DNA of 46,758 bases from Phoronis australis. Its lineage: Eukaryota; Animalia; Phoronida. The notes beneath the pieces were generated by a model, which saw only the letters and a program-made list of their open reading frames with translations, did no database searches and was not told the origin of the DNA. The stretch's first letter is position 1. Each line of letters opens with the position of its first letter. A program made the translations under genes and the position numbers. The stretch covers positions 123,374-170,131 of the forward strand of contig NMRA01000351.1 in NCBI GenBank assembly GCA_002633005.1, given 5' to 3'. Positions 1-12,165 of the stretch are shown here, piece by piece.

Positions 1-384
1 CACATTTCTTCAGCAAATTCCATAAAATTGTCCGTAGTTTGATTTTATAAAAATTAAGGCGCGCTGTCGATTTTTTTGATCCCCGTTTGCTGGCTGGTAA
101 CAGTACAGGCACTGCTCCAGTCGCACTGACGGCGTTTTCTCGGCCTGGGTTCCTGAATGAATTGTACTTCCGGGTTCGCGGCAAGTTCAAAATGGCGGTG
201 TTTCTTCGGGTGCGAATCGTGAGTGGCGCGTTCATTTAAACTGTTTTCGAGTACGGAACGTGTATTAGTTATGGGGTAGGTAGTTCTTGGATCCTTATAA
301 CATCTTCTAACCATGTAATAAGGGTTAACAACGCGTGAGAGAAGGACTTTAAGGATTCTATTTTCACGTTCGATGACGTCAGCT

Positions 385-452
385 GCTGAGTGATGTAGTG
401 GTAAAGTCCACGACTCGAAACTCCTGCGGAGCGGGTTCGAAACCGGCCTCTG
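385..452 (+). other. tRNA-like remnant (SINE head or tRNA pseudogene) with Pol III A and B boxes
   Basis: A-box-like TGATGTAGTGGT (391-402) and B box GGTTCGAAACC (434-444) at tRNA-like spacing. The T-stem gcggg/ccggc has one mismatch, and the acceptor and anticodon stems are not intact. Confidence 0.45.
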
Positions 453-898
453 TTTCTCGCTAAAATGTTATTTAACGCCGTTGAAAAACTAAACGGGTAA
501 TTTAACGGTTGTATTGGCCATTCCAGTCTGATATTGTGATATAAACGTGAGTTACCCACGTGTGGTATCAGACGCTAATACGAAGAGTTGATGTGGCACG
601 TGATCACATGACCTGCATAACGTCACAGCGGACCAACACGTCCTGAGACCGTAATTTAATAAGGTTCTGCAAATTTGTTGATTCAGCGTATCCCAAAATA
701 AAGTATACCGAGTGACCAAAAATATCGAAATCATATTACTCATACCCATGTTTTAAGCAAACGGTGTACAGGATGCCAAGAAGAAAATAGAGCCCTTGCT
801 TGAGCTGGCATGTTGTTTTAGCGTAACATAGAAACATACTACAGTCTTGAACATCCAACGTAAGAGCTAAATTAGGTTTGGGTTTTACTTTGTTTCAG

Positions 899-966
899 GT
901 ACGAGAGAATATTGGCTCACATATTTAAGCACTACGACAACCAGGTGTCCCCCAACTCTAACTACG
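899..966 (+). CDS. Cys-loop ligand-gated chloride channel subunit, exon A (N-terminal helix)
   Basis: Acceptor tttcag|g at 898/899 and donor g|gtaagg at 966/967. Translates YERILAHIFKHYDNQVSPNSNY, matching the ILxxLxxxYDxxxRP helix of GlyR/GluCl subunits. Its phase-1 end joins the AG at 1324 to give GAG, in frame. Confidence 0.8.
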
Positions 967-1323
967 GTAAGGGCACGGGATACCATCTGAAACGATACCA
1001 TCGTGATCATCATCATTAATAATGGGGTCGTTGTTGTCGTCGTCGCAGTGCGACTTTCTTTTTTCTTTGACAATATGATATCCGTAATTGATAATACTTG
1101 TTATTAACAATGAAGTAAAGTACACAATCTCTAGATGATCATCGAAAGTGCCATGCAAGACGTGTCAAGTAACGTCAAGGAACTTGAAGGTTTGTCCGGT
1201 ACCTTTCATTGAACTATAGGCTTACCACCATTGTTTTGACTCAGAGCGTCTTTTATTTGATAGTAAGTAGTTATTGCATGTTTGCCTTCACCTTTAATCT
1301 GATTTCTTAATGCCTAATGAAAG

Positions 1324-1627
1324 AGACGGTCACCCAAGTGGACGTAAGCCTGGCCGTCTCTTCCGTCCACTCCGTGTCTGAGGCTGACATGGACTACAAG
1401 ATGTTACTATTCGTGCGTCAATCGTGGGTTGACACCCGTCTGAGGTATGACGACGTGGACGAGTTCGCCAGCACCGAAAGAATATTCTTGAATCCACAGA
1501 AGAAGGACAAGCTCTGGGTGCCGGACGTGATCATTACTAACGAGAAGGAGTCCAAGTTACACAAAGTTATGGTCCCCAACGAGTTTGTCACCATTCAGAG
1601 GGACGGCGTTGTTTACACAAGTACACG
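1324..1627 (+). CDS. Cys-loop chloride channel, exon B (beta1-beta6; loops G, D, A, E)
   Basis: TVTQVDVSLAVSSVHSVSEADMDYKMLLFVRQSWVDTRL...KLWVPDVIITNEK...IQRDGVVYTSTR. Contains the MDY, W-D-RL and WxPD motifs. Donor cg|gttagt. Confidence 0.93.
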
Positions 1628-1822
1628 GTTAGTTGGATATATATGGCTCAAGGCACATATGCATGAGTCCACCTAAATATGTCTACCTTTTTGTTATCAA
1701 CTGTTTCTATCGGACAATTTAACATAACGAACGGGTATTGCTTGTGTTGAAACACCGGCGGGATGAGTATCAACTTGTATAACAGCTTGCTAGAAAAACC
1801 TTATTATTTCCGTCTTTTGCAG

Positions 1823-1905
1823 GGTGTCCGTCACAGCGTCATGCTTTATGGATCTCGTCAATTATCCACATGACATTCAAGAGTGTATGCTGGGCCTGGA
1901 AAGCT
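1823..1905 (+). CDS. Cys-loop chloride channel, exon C (Cys loop)
   Basis: ttttgcag|g...t|gtaag. Encodes C-FMDLVNYPHDIQE-C (C-x13-C) followed by LES. It is 83 bp, phase 2 to 1, like the Cys-loop exon of vertebrate GlyR/GABA-A genes. Confidence 0.95.
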
Positions 1906-1964
1906 GTAAGTGCTACTTAGTGGGACTCATTGTCTTCGGCTTCGTATGCATCTTCTTGATCCTC

Positions 1965-2262
1965 ATAACCATCATGTTCATCACCACCTGCACTGACACC
2001 ACCACCATCACTACTAAAACCACCACCACCACCAACACCACCATCATCACCACCACCAAAACCACCACCATCATCATCATCACACCACCGTCATCACCAC
2101 CACCNCACCACCAAAACCACCACCACCATCACCGTCATCATCACCAAAACCACCACCACCATAACCACCAACATCACTATCATCATCACCACCACCTCCA
2201 CCATCACTACTACAACCACCACCACCATCACTGCCACCATCACAATCACCACCATCGTCATA
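1965..2262. repeat. (CAC/CAT)n compound trinucleotide low-complexity tract, intronic
   Basis: About 300 bp of accaccatc-type triplets. It explains the poly-Thr/poly-His tail of the 1824..2291 ORF. Confidence 0.95.
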
Positions 2263-2533
2263 ATCGTAGTATGGCTGGAATGAGTGCGTGAGAATTGCGT
2301 AAGGAATATCAGATTAATGCCGACACTGTGGAGGTATGACTATCTTTGTGAATCTAGAAACTTTACTCATTCTAAATTAAGTCCTATACCTCTCAGTTGA
2401 CATTAGAAGTTTTCGGAATATGACGATGGCGAGCTTAGATGTAGGTATATCCTGAGCTCTTTGTGTGTATTAATTGAACGTACATTCTGATTAATTAAGA
2501 CGTAATTATTTGGTTGACATTTTTCTTCAATAG

Positions 2534-2668
2534 TTGGCTATACCACTGATGATGTCATGTTCCACTGGAATAAGGACCTACCCATTGACAACTTGGATAA
2601 GGCGAAACTGAACGCATTTAAACTTCTGGGCTACAGACTCGATAATTGTACAGGGCAATCAGTTATAG
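2534..2668 (+). CDS. Cys-loop chloride channel, exon D (loop B to loop C)
   Basis: ttcaatag|tt...g|gtaagt. Encodes FGYTTDDVMFHW...LGYRLDNCTGQSVIG. Confidence 0.93.
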
Positions 2669-2772
2669 GTAAGTCTGGGATACAGACTCGAAAATTGTAC
2701 AGCACAATCAGTTACAGGAAAGACTGGGATACAGACTCGATAATTGTATCGCGCAATCAGTCACAGGCAAGT
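2626..2772 (+). repeat. Three tandem 49-bp copies spanning the exon D splice donor
   Basis: Units at 2626-2674, 2675-2723 and 2724-2772 each read ctggg(c/a)tacagactcga(t/a)aattgta....caatcagt..cag/tag g(t/a/c)aag(t/a). Confidence 0.92.
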
Positions 2773-2865
2773 CACATAATCAGTACTAAACTTTAATTAA
2801 TCAGATTTATTTGAAAAAAATAGTTCACGCATACTTAGTTCTATCATCGTCCTGTTGATAATAGT

Positions 2866-3548
2866 TTAAAGAGGCCTCGAACGCGAAACACGGACTAAAT
2901 TGCATTATTTAGAGTCAGTGGTTCTCTGCCATTGAAACAGAATTCAACCTGCTCACCAGGTATTTTACGGCTTGTTCCTAAAGATTTTGAATTTCTGTTG
3001 ATGTCAAAGCGTTAGTTTCAAAAAACGAAATGTCAACTGCTCGTCACTTTGTCAAGTTTTCCTGCACAAGGCAAAGTTAGTCTCCTTATTTGGTATAACA
3101 AGACATAGACGTGTCACATTTGTCTTATATGGAAAGTGTGACCTTTGACCTTTGATGTAAACAAAACAATGGTTACCTAAGCAGTAGCCAGTCCGCCATT
3201 TTAAATGTACTCTAAAATGCACTTGGGATTATTTGTTGGAGAATGTCTTACTTCACTGACTTACCTCATACTGTGTTGTCGACGTCAGACCCGGAGTGCC
3301 ATCACACACGATAATCTGCCGTTAATATTCATCTCGTCAATCAGCTCAGTGCTTGTCGAATGACTATGGGCGCATGCGCGCATTTATCGAAGTGGGAGGG
3401 AGATTAGAATTTTTGTTGCATTTCAGTAATCGTGAATTTAGTGATTTTTTCTGGACATTCTGGGTAAGTTAAATAACTGTGTAGTAGTCCTTGATGGCAC
3501 TTGTTTAAAAGATATTTTGACGAGCGTTCGCGTTCCATGCCTCTTTAA
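2866..3548. mobile_element. Kolobok-like non-autonomous DNA transposon (family B)
   Basis: TTAA at both ends. Imperfect TIR: AGAGGCCTCGAACGCGAA on the left and reverse complement AGAGGCATGGAACGCGAA on the right. No ORF. TTAA duplication with purine-purine termini fits Kolobok rather than piggyBac (CC termini). Confidence 0.7.
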
Positions 3549-3597
3549 CAAGAAATGTGAGTCGCTATTTTCACATTCGACTACCGTTATTTTTCAG

Positions 3598-3762
3598 GCA
3601 ATTTCACCTGTATATCAGTTTACTTCAGCTTTGAGAGACAAATAGGGTTCTACATGACCCATGTGTTTATTCCATCAATTCTAATAGTCATGTTGTCCTG
3701 GGTCAGCTTCTGGGTTGACGTTGGAGCCGTGCCGGCGCGCGTGTCTATCGCTCTCCTCACAG
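3598..3762 (+). CDS. Cys-loop chloride channel, exon E (end of loop C, M1, start of M2)
   Basis: ttttcag|gc...g|gtgaga. Encodes GNFTCISVYFSFERQIGFYMTHVFIPSILIVMLSWVSFWVDVGAVPARVSIALLT. The PAR motif indicates anion selectivity. Confidence 0.95.
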
Positions 3763-4219
3763 GTGAGATAGCTATTTCAGTCATCCTCAGCATACCTTTT
3801 TGCAAAACCATTTTCTTTTCATAATCATTAGCCCATGGAAGTTTATGTCGCAAACAAGGCTTTCATGGGAATTGTCCTTGATTGTTTTACATGGCTTGTG
3901 GCACATATAGCAAATGTCGCACCCCGCAAGTTTGGGGCCATGTTAAGGCAGCTAGCATGAGAATTTTCACTATTTACAGTTAACAGTCTCTAAAACTTCA
4001 ATTAAAATAATTTAGAAGGCAAAACATATCCAATTCCTTCCTAAGAGATTTTGACAGTATTTAAAAAGTTTGGAAGGGTTGTAAAAGGTACGTAAATTGT
4101 ACGCAGTTTGCCAAAAACCCGTAAAGCAGTCGTTGTTTTAGGGCATTCGATGGGTAATTAATAAAACATCGTAAAATAATTTTTTATTTAAATAATTGAT
4201 TATTTAGATTGAAAAAACG

Positions 4220-4245
4220 TTGAGTATAAACTCAATTTATTGGTA

Positions 4246-4315
<70 letters not shown>

Positions 4316-5722
4316 CTAGGCCTCCGGCCCTTGTTACAATCAAATCACCAAATACAATAAAGGTAAGTGTCAAACACTAGAAGTAAACCGAATTCTTCTT
4401 CGCTTGAATGCGAAATGAACACATTTACATGTTGACCATATAAGATCTTTTTCCTCCATAGTCACGAGTCTGTTGAATTTTGTAACATTGGGGTTGTTGT
4501 AGCTCCATGCAGGCAAATATCGTTTCCTTAGGTCTTCGTAGAATGGGCATTCGATAACAAAATGATATTCTGACTCGACATATTTCCTAACACAGAGAGG
4601 GCATAACCTTTCTGTTCTGCTAAGTTTTAAGTGTCTACCCTTTTCAATCATTAGTGCATGCGCTGAACCTCTCAATCTTACCATATCAGATCTAACATTT
4701 ACATTGTCAATTACATCTAAATAGTTTTCAAAACATATATTTCTTTAAGTTTCCAGCTTAATCGAATTGTTCAAAATATCTCGCCATTTTTGCTGATCAA
4801 TATCTTTTCATCTTTGTTTAAAAAGTGATATGAAGCTTGTCTCGTAACCTACACCATGATTATACCATGCTTCTCCAAAACCAAACTGAAATAGCAATTT
4901 CTTAACATCATTAACCCAGCACAGTTTATTAACATTTTCCGTCATATTGTACTGCCATTCATAGCAATGATATGTAATTTTTGACTCATCGGTTCTTAAT
5001 AGTTTTAACCAATATTTCATAATTCTAGGAAGTCGGTAAGCAATCAAAGAGTAACGACCTATCTCACCTCTAGCAGTCGATGAAATTGCCGTGCTAGGCA
5101 AATTTAAAATTTCTTTACAAAATTTTGTGTGGATTATTTCAATACATTCGTAATCACTAAAACCCCAGATCTCACAGCCATAATGAAGAATCGGCAATAT
5201 TTTACAATCGAATAATTTTAAACTAACTTTAACAGGGAGTGCATTAAAACCATTGACATTTTTTCTCATTAAATTCACTGCCTTAGTAGCCTGTAATGAT
5301 AGAATTTTCTGTGCGCAAGACCACGAACCTTTCGTAGTAAACATTAATCCTAGATTTTTATATGCATTTACAATATTAACAGTATTCCAATCATACGTCC
5401 ATTTTTCATACGATCGTAACATTCCACCTTTTCTGAAAACAATTATCTTAGTCTTCGACATGTTAACAATCAATTTCCATTTCTGACTATACACATATAA
5501 AATGTTCAATTTTTTCTGCAGTCCTTTCACACTATAAGAAAATAAAACCAAATCATCAGCAAACAGCAGATGCAATAATTCAGCTGATCCCATGGAAATT
5601 TTTTCACCTCCACCGGATTCTAATTCTTGTTCGAGATCGTTTATAAATAAATAAACAAAAACGGTGATAGCTGAGAGCCTTGTTTTAGACCATTATGACA
5701 ATCAAAGAAGTAGTTAGTTTGG
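4220..5722 (-). mobile_element. 5'-truncated non-LTR retrotransposon (RTE/RTE-X-like), antisense within the channel intron
   Basis: Minus strand reads GLKQGSQLSP (about 5665-5694), LLFADD, WKLIVNMSKTK and YKNLG, then the C-terminal HALMIEKGRH...CPLC...ESEYHFVIECPFY motif, broken by frameshifts. The 3' UTR has a ggccggaggcc stem-loop and AATAAA near 4236-4241. The clade assignment is tentative. Confidence 0.88.
4247..4314. repeat. (TA)34 microsatellite inside the LINE 3' UTR
   Basis: Perfect TA run. Confidence 0.98.
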
Positions 5723-6320
5723 CGTTTAATAACAGTGCGCGACATTAAAAGCAAATGGATGTGGTCTGCATGACTACGGACTCCTGCAACATCTCTTAGG
5801 TCGACCCTAATGACTGTATGTACATATGGTTCTCATACGATTCACATCAGGCGAATGGGCCATCCTATGTGTATGTGGACTGTGCACGTCCGATGCAACT
5901 CAGGCACCGAGCCGTCTGCATTCTAGTTTTTGATTCAAACCACAATTATAGATTTATTAAAGGCGAAACTTCTTATTTTAGATTGTTCACATAAACTAAA
6001 CTTGTTTCACAATCCCAACAACTTAATATAATCACCATTTTGTGAAATGCAGGGGGTAATCGTGATTTTTAAATTTGAACGCTTTAAAAAGGTCAAATTG
6101 TGAATTTTAATTTAGTGCTGTTTGAACTGAAATACTTGTAGCTCGAAACGAAGACTCCATATTTTTTCTTCTATTTCATAGAAATTGCGATGGATATTAA
6201 ATTAAAATAATAAACTAGAATATTTCAACACTGTCACTTTGTGCAGAAGCCGAAACGCTAAACATACGTCGATGTAAGAAAATCATTAACTGGGTAAACC
6301 GTGAAATATATTTAAAGCCG

Positions 6321-7375
6321 TTAAAGGAGAATGTCACCCGATTTAATTAGTTTTTGTTACCGTCTTAATCGGTCTATTAACACATCACCTCGTAAACAAT
6401 CGATCTCACCTGGCTGAAAGGTGTCGCGTCGACCTGAAGGTGAGTACACGACGCAGCGACGTCAGTGTTTCGTCAGTTGAGGGTGTGCCTTTAAGGTGTG
6501 GCGTATCGTTCCCGCTTGTGCAAAGCATGAAGCTGCGCTGAAAGTGGGTATATCGTTTTTTCGATTTTCTCGAGAACCTGGAATGCTTCGGAAGTGGTTC
6601 CATGCTGTATAGAACGAAAACTACGCCATTATTACTAAGTAGTACCCGTGAAATATCTGCGCGTATGTGGCCGGCATTGTTCTGTTTCTAAATGAATTAT
6701 TCTCGTTCTAATCAATGATTATGTAAAACTGAAACAAGGTATTTGTTAACAAAAAGCTGTTGTGAAACAGCTTCTTGTCAGCAAATACTGAATTAGCATG
6801 CCTTCACACGGGCGGCAGCCCGTTAAATTAATTTTATTGCATCTGAAGCCGGTAATGCAGTATGATTTATTCATTGTTGACTTCTCAAAACATATGCACT
6901 CACGAACACTACTAAGAAATAGTAATTTGTACCTACTGAGACAAACTTTGACAATTCGTTTCAGTTTTGTATAAGGATGGGTTAGGATTAGAATAATTTC
7001 TTTTGAAACAGAGCAATGCCGGCCAAAGACACGGATATATTTCACGGCTTCAAACTTTGGTATTGATGGCGTTCTATACAGCCGAGAACCACTTCCGAGG
7101 CATTTTGGGTTATCGAGAAAATCGAAAAAAATGATATACCCGTTTTCCGCGCAGCTTCATGGTTCGCACAAGCGGTAACGATACTCCACACCATAGCGGC
7201 ACACACTCAGCTGAAGAACCACTGACGTCGCTGCGTCGTGCACTCACCTTCCTCACGTACAGGTTAACGAGACACCTTTCGGCGAGGTGAGATCGACCGT
7301 ATACGAGGTGATTTGGATATAGACCGATTAATACGGTAACAAAAACTAATTAAATCGGGTGGCATGCTCCATTAA
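6321..7375. mobile_element. Kolobok-like MITE family A, foldback form (two left ends in inverted orientation)
   Basis: Runs ttaa-AGGAGAATGTCACCCGATTTAATTAG ... CTAATTAAATCGGGTGGCATGCTCCA-ttaa. 6321-6737 is an imperfect reverse complement of about 6958-7375, and both match the left end of the copies at 9960 and 21389. Confidence 0.85.
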
Positions 7376-8510
7376 CTTGTTTGAGTGTCTGTACCAACTG
7401 ACTACAAAAGGTGGCGTTATGGTATGTCGGCTGTCAAAGTTAATTGTCGTGGATGCCGAATTCCTCAACAATCTACAGTTTTGAAGTGTAATGTTGTACA
7501 TGGGCAGCACAGCAATGAAATAAGTGGGAGTTGTAGCCCTCAAACCCCTATCGGGTGCACCGTCCATGTGCATGGCGGCGCAGCAGTGAAATAAATGGGG
7601 TTATAGCTCCTGGCCTCCTATGGTGCTCCGCCCTTGTTCTAGGAGCACAAGACGGTCTCACTGAGGTGTGCACGACAGGTAACCCATTGGTGTACAGTCA
7701 TAACATGGATTTCGTGAGATTAAATCAGCTTTTTGCATCGTTCCAAATCTCGTGCTCATTTTATACATTAAACGGCTTCGAGTACAGTGGTCTTGTCGGC
7801 GTCATAGGCCTATGCAGTGCATGCATACACAGACACAGACACAGGTTCTGCAAATATCTGGCAACATGGGCATGAAGTTCAGTGGACTAGAATGCTTACA
7901 GTTGTATAAGTTTGAGCACCTGTCGACAGAGCAATCTTTTCGGGCTTCTAATTACTAGGTCACGTGATGCGACCACATTATATGACTTTGTAGGATAGTG
8001 TTATCTACTCTGCGAATAAAGGAAGGCCTTGATTACGTGCATGCACGCGTTCAGATTAGCAAAATTTCTATTATTGCTTCTGTTGATATGCTGTACAGGT
8101 TAATAGGTCATTATTACGTTAAGGGAAGTGGAATGAGTGAGTTTCCGGTTCTGTATTACCACTTAATGGCAATTGCTAATTAGGGTGTAAATTTTCTCGC
8201 CTCCGAAAGCTGGAATTGCCCTTTCCTATAACTAGTGACCTTCAGGGATAGATAAAAATCCAATCGCGCTCCTTCCAGACTAGAGATCTACTGAATTCTT
8301 TCCTCACCTGCTGACAGGAACTTGCATGGGTTTCGTCTACTGTATATGATTTATATCTTACAATCTTTTGCAAATATGCCTCGCTCTATCCATAGAAAAT
8401 GTCAATGTTCAACTCTTTACTTAAAAGTCAGACAACAACCCACAGTTACAGGTGTCGGTGTACTGCTTGGCGTGTGAATTTATATGTTACTTGCCTATTT
8501 CCATTTGCAG

Positions 8511-8641
8511 TCTTAACTCTGACAACACAGAGTGCCTCTGTGACCAGCTACATGCCCAAGGTGTCATACATCAAGGCCATGGATATCTGGATGGCTACAT
8601 GCCTGTTCTTTGTTGTGTTAGGGCTACTGGAGTACGCTTGG
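8511..8641 (+). CDS. Cys-loop chloride channel, exon F (M2-M3)
   Basis: tttgcag|tc...tgg|gtgagt. Encodes VLTLTTQSASVTSYMPKVSYIKAMDIWMATCLFFVVLGLLEYAW. Confidence 0.95.
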
Positions 8642-9959
8642 GTGAGTCGAGTTAAACAAATGTTTTCTGACACCTTGTCCTAACGCCGAATGAGCCCTTA
8701 TCCCGTGTATTTCAAATTCATCCTTCTGAGCAACTACACGCGCAAATTCCCCTTTAGATGGGACCCATTCAAAAACACACGGCAGTTGGCATGACAAACA
8801 TCATTCGGCATTTTGTCTGCTTCTTTCTGCAAATTTAGAATTCTCCATGTGACATAACGTACTATATTATTTTGTACTTGAATAGAGTACGTGATAAGGC
8901 AGTGACGGATGCGTTCTTGCAGACCAAACAACAATTCCTTGCTTTAAATATTCAACGATTAGTTCTCACGACAACGTCGACGAGAAAAATAACGTTTGAT
9001 ATAACTCCAGATTTTTACATATAGAATTGGCTCTCGTGGTTATTGTGAATTAACAGCTTCATAAGAAACGATAACACGAGGTTTAAAATATTATTTTCCA
9101 CATGCAAACGGTAGGTCGTTCTATTCGATTGGGAAATGAACCCTTACAAGCACACACAGTAACCACTGTTGATTCCGTCTACTAAAAATTCTAAGAATGA
9201 TCATCTGTGATTATTTCAAACAACTTTTATAAGAACTTAGTGTTCTCAAGTTTATTCTTTTGGATGATAAAATACTAAACGTTCACAGGTTTTTGATAAC
9301 TTCTTGTAAGGAGAGATTAATCCGATGTAGCCACTGGTCCAACGTCAGCCATTTTCTTAATACTCGTTTGGCATCGAAAATTTCACCTCGCGAGACAAAG
9401 AATACATGATTCTGCAATTTCGATAAGCGCGGTAATTGTCGATCAGCTAAGGGACAGCCACAATTTCCAAAGGACGCCAAACCTTGGTCATGGTATTTCT
9501 TGAACGGCATGTCTTTCCTTTGCTCTTGCCCCGAGGAAAGCACGGAAGTCTTCGAACCCCCTCGAATATACCTAAAATCGGGTAAAAGCTTCCATCAGAC
9601 TGATGACACCCGGGCAGAATTTCGTAGACGGACGCAGAAACCTAAATTGCAAACGAAAAGAATGTTATGGCGTGCTTCGCTTGTAATACATCGCGGTATC
9701 TGGTGAAGTCTTGTATGCTTTGCGTTTTCGCTAGATTCTTGGCTCTATGGAACTCACGCCAGTTGTGCCGAATTACTGAGTCGCGGTGTTTTGTTTACGT
9801 GGCAAGATCAAGCGGTGTGCATGATAACGAACGTCGGGTGGGAAAAGGAGTGAAAAAGACGTCTTGCCAGGGACACTACTTTTTTGCAGACTATTATTAT
9901 CTATCAATAGACAAACCACCTGTATGTGAGCCATATTTCATAGAATTACTTTGAACAGC

Positions 9960-11135
9960 TTAAAAGAGAATGCCACCCGATTTAATTAGTTTTTTGCCAT
10001 CTTAATCGGTCTATATACACATCACCTCGTATAAAGTCGAGTACACGACGCAGCGACGTCAGTAGTTCTTCAGCTGAGTGTGTGCCGCTTTGGTGTGGCT
10101 TATCGCACCGGCTTGTGCGAACCACGAAGTTGTGAGGAATGCGGGTATATTGTTTCTTCGAGAGCCCGAAATGCTTCGGAAGTGGTTCCCGACAGTAAAA
10201 AATGAAAAGTACGCCATTAATACCACTTATGAAGCCGTGAAATATTTCCGTGTATGTGGCAAGCATTGTTCTGTTTCAAAACGAATTATTCTTACTCTAA
10301 CCAATGTTTATATAAATCTGAAACCATGTGTCAAAGTCTGTCGCTGTAGATGCAATTTGTAATGTCTTAGGAGTGTTTGTGAGCGCAAATGTTTTGAGAA
10401 ATCAACAATGAATAATTCATACTGTACGGTTCTGTGAAAGCTGAACCTGGCTTCGTGGCCCCCGACGAGTTAGTTTACAGTTTCACGTGCACGTTGATTG
10501 TTTGATTTACTACTCTAGTCTTTTCGTGACTGAAAGTTTAGTTTTCAACTTTCGAAGCTGACTAAGCCGGCTGATTTTTGTCTCCAGTCTCCGGCTAATT
10601 TATGTCTCCAGTCCCCCGCCGCGACGGTCCTGATCAGTCGGGTTCCGAGCCACTGGATTATACCGAGCGTTTTGTGCTTAGAACTGAAAGCATTCGCAAA
10701 TCTAAAATTGTAATACACGGCTATGCACTTCTGTCCGTATTTTACGGAAGAATGGTAATTCTAATTTATCACCAAACATACTCCAAACATACCGCGACCA
10801 ACCTCTGTAAGTTGGCCTACGGTACATTCAAAATTTCTGTAAATGCGTAACAGCGAAATAAAACATCTTGGTTAAAAACTCATTGTATTCGCAAGGTTTT
10901 TACAACGAATTTGGATAATTTATTGGTGTGAATGCAAGAGATAAGCTGACACCAGGAAGCGTCTTGTGAACTGCTGAGCCGACTCTGTTAGAACCTGTGA
11001 CGTCATTGGTTAATTTCAGCACATTCGTCTGCTGTCAAGTGTCAGGTAAAAGACCTGAACTTGCTGTTATTGAGTGGAACTGCTCGATCTAAATTGGTAC
11101 AAAATACGATGTTTTTTGGTGACATTCTCCTTTAA
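9960..11135 (+). mobile_element. Kolobok-like MITE family A, copy with both ends
   Basis: Runs ttaa-AAGAGAATGCCACC ... GGTGACATTCTCCT-ttaa (about 14-bp TIR, TTAA TSD). Left and right internal segments are colinear with 21389-23065. Confidence 0.87.
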
Positions 11136-11826
11136 TACCCAATTTTCACTACGTGTGTCTTATAATTGACCTATCGCAAGCTCCGCCCCTATGAGAAAAG
11201 TCACGTGATACCCGACATTCGAACGAGATGTCAGAGGCAAATACACTGTCGCTAAACGAGGTTCCTGGTGGAATCGATGAGTGTTTTTGCACTATTTGAA
11301 AACGCGTCGCTAGAGACAAGAGGCGATGCTTTTCAACAGTGAATCGTACGTTCATGATATGGGAATTTGTAAAGGTGACGATGAAAATATAAGTGCTCGA
11401 GGAGCCAGCAAAAATCCGAAGATCCCCTCAGCCTCGGGGCCACCTTCACCTGACAAATGACAAGGCCACTGATACGATATGTTCTTGTAAAGCTGGGTAT
11501 GTACCTTAAAGTCGAATTATCTGTACGATTCCATAGATTTCATGATCTTTCGAATAAAATCAGTGAAGATTCCCAGATATTTTTATTCTGTCGTCTGCTA
11601 AATTTCGCCAAATGAAAAGTAGGTCACAACTGATGGGACTCATGGAGTAAAGTGGGTCATAGATTACAGACAACACATAGTCTCTGACTAGGTCGACTCG
11701 ATAGCTTTTCTAATCTTTTAACGAAATATTTTGATAAAAAAATTCAGGTTCATACCTCAGGTACACACTCATCTCGTCCTCCGGTAGGTCTAGGGCTGTG
11801 TCTAAGTAAAATTAATGTCTGGAATT

Positions 11827-12165
11827 CAGTGGCGGATCTAGGATACCACAGGGAGGGCCCAACATATGTTGCCTCGTGGAATTGGGCAAAGTACGATTGT
11901 ATGTGCACAGGCGGCTCGAAAGTTGCAGGGGCCAGGGATGTAGACCGTTGGACCTTCTGTTCAGAATATCTATCGGTGGACTAAAAAAAAAACAGGAACA
12001 CGATTCCGCCGCGATCTGGGGTCTGAGCCCCCCCCCTCTTCTGCTACCGGTCCTAGTTACTGAACTCAATACTTCATCACGCTCTTGCTGTCTCATTTTT
12101 CTTGCGGCAGCCAAGGGGGGGGGGGGGGGCTGGGGCCCCTGCCCTCCCCCCTAAATCCGCCTATG
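11827..12165. mobile_element. hAT-like MITE with 5-bp TSD (hAT5-type)
   Basis: Runs CAGTGGCGGATCTAG ... CTAAATCCGCCTATG with G/C-rich subtermini. GAATT is duplicated at 11822-11826 and 12166-12170. Confidence 0.8.

Noticed and set aside
822-859. Possible extra channel exon (ttttag|CGTAAC...CCAAC|gtaaga) in a compatible phase
   Set aside because: It would need a 39-nt intron to reach 899, which is implausibly short, and the peptide has no family motif.
1906-2291. His/Thr-rich extension of ORF 1824..2291
   Set aside because: Read-through past the gtaag donor into a CAC/CAT microsatellite; not a His-rich protein.
5730-7900. Weak inverted similarity between about 5800-5925 and about 7550-7900
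   Set aside because: Only short, non-colinear word matches; no element boundaries could be defined.
11491-11762. Possible small MITE (ctgggtatgtacct / aggttcatacctcag)
   Set aside because: The TIR match is short and gapped, with no TSD.
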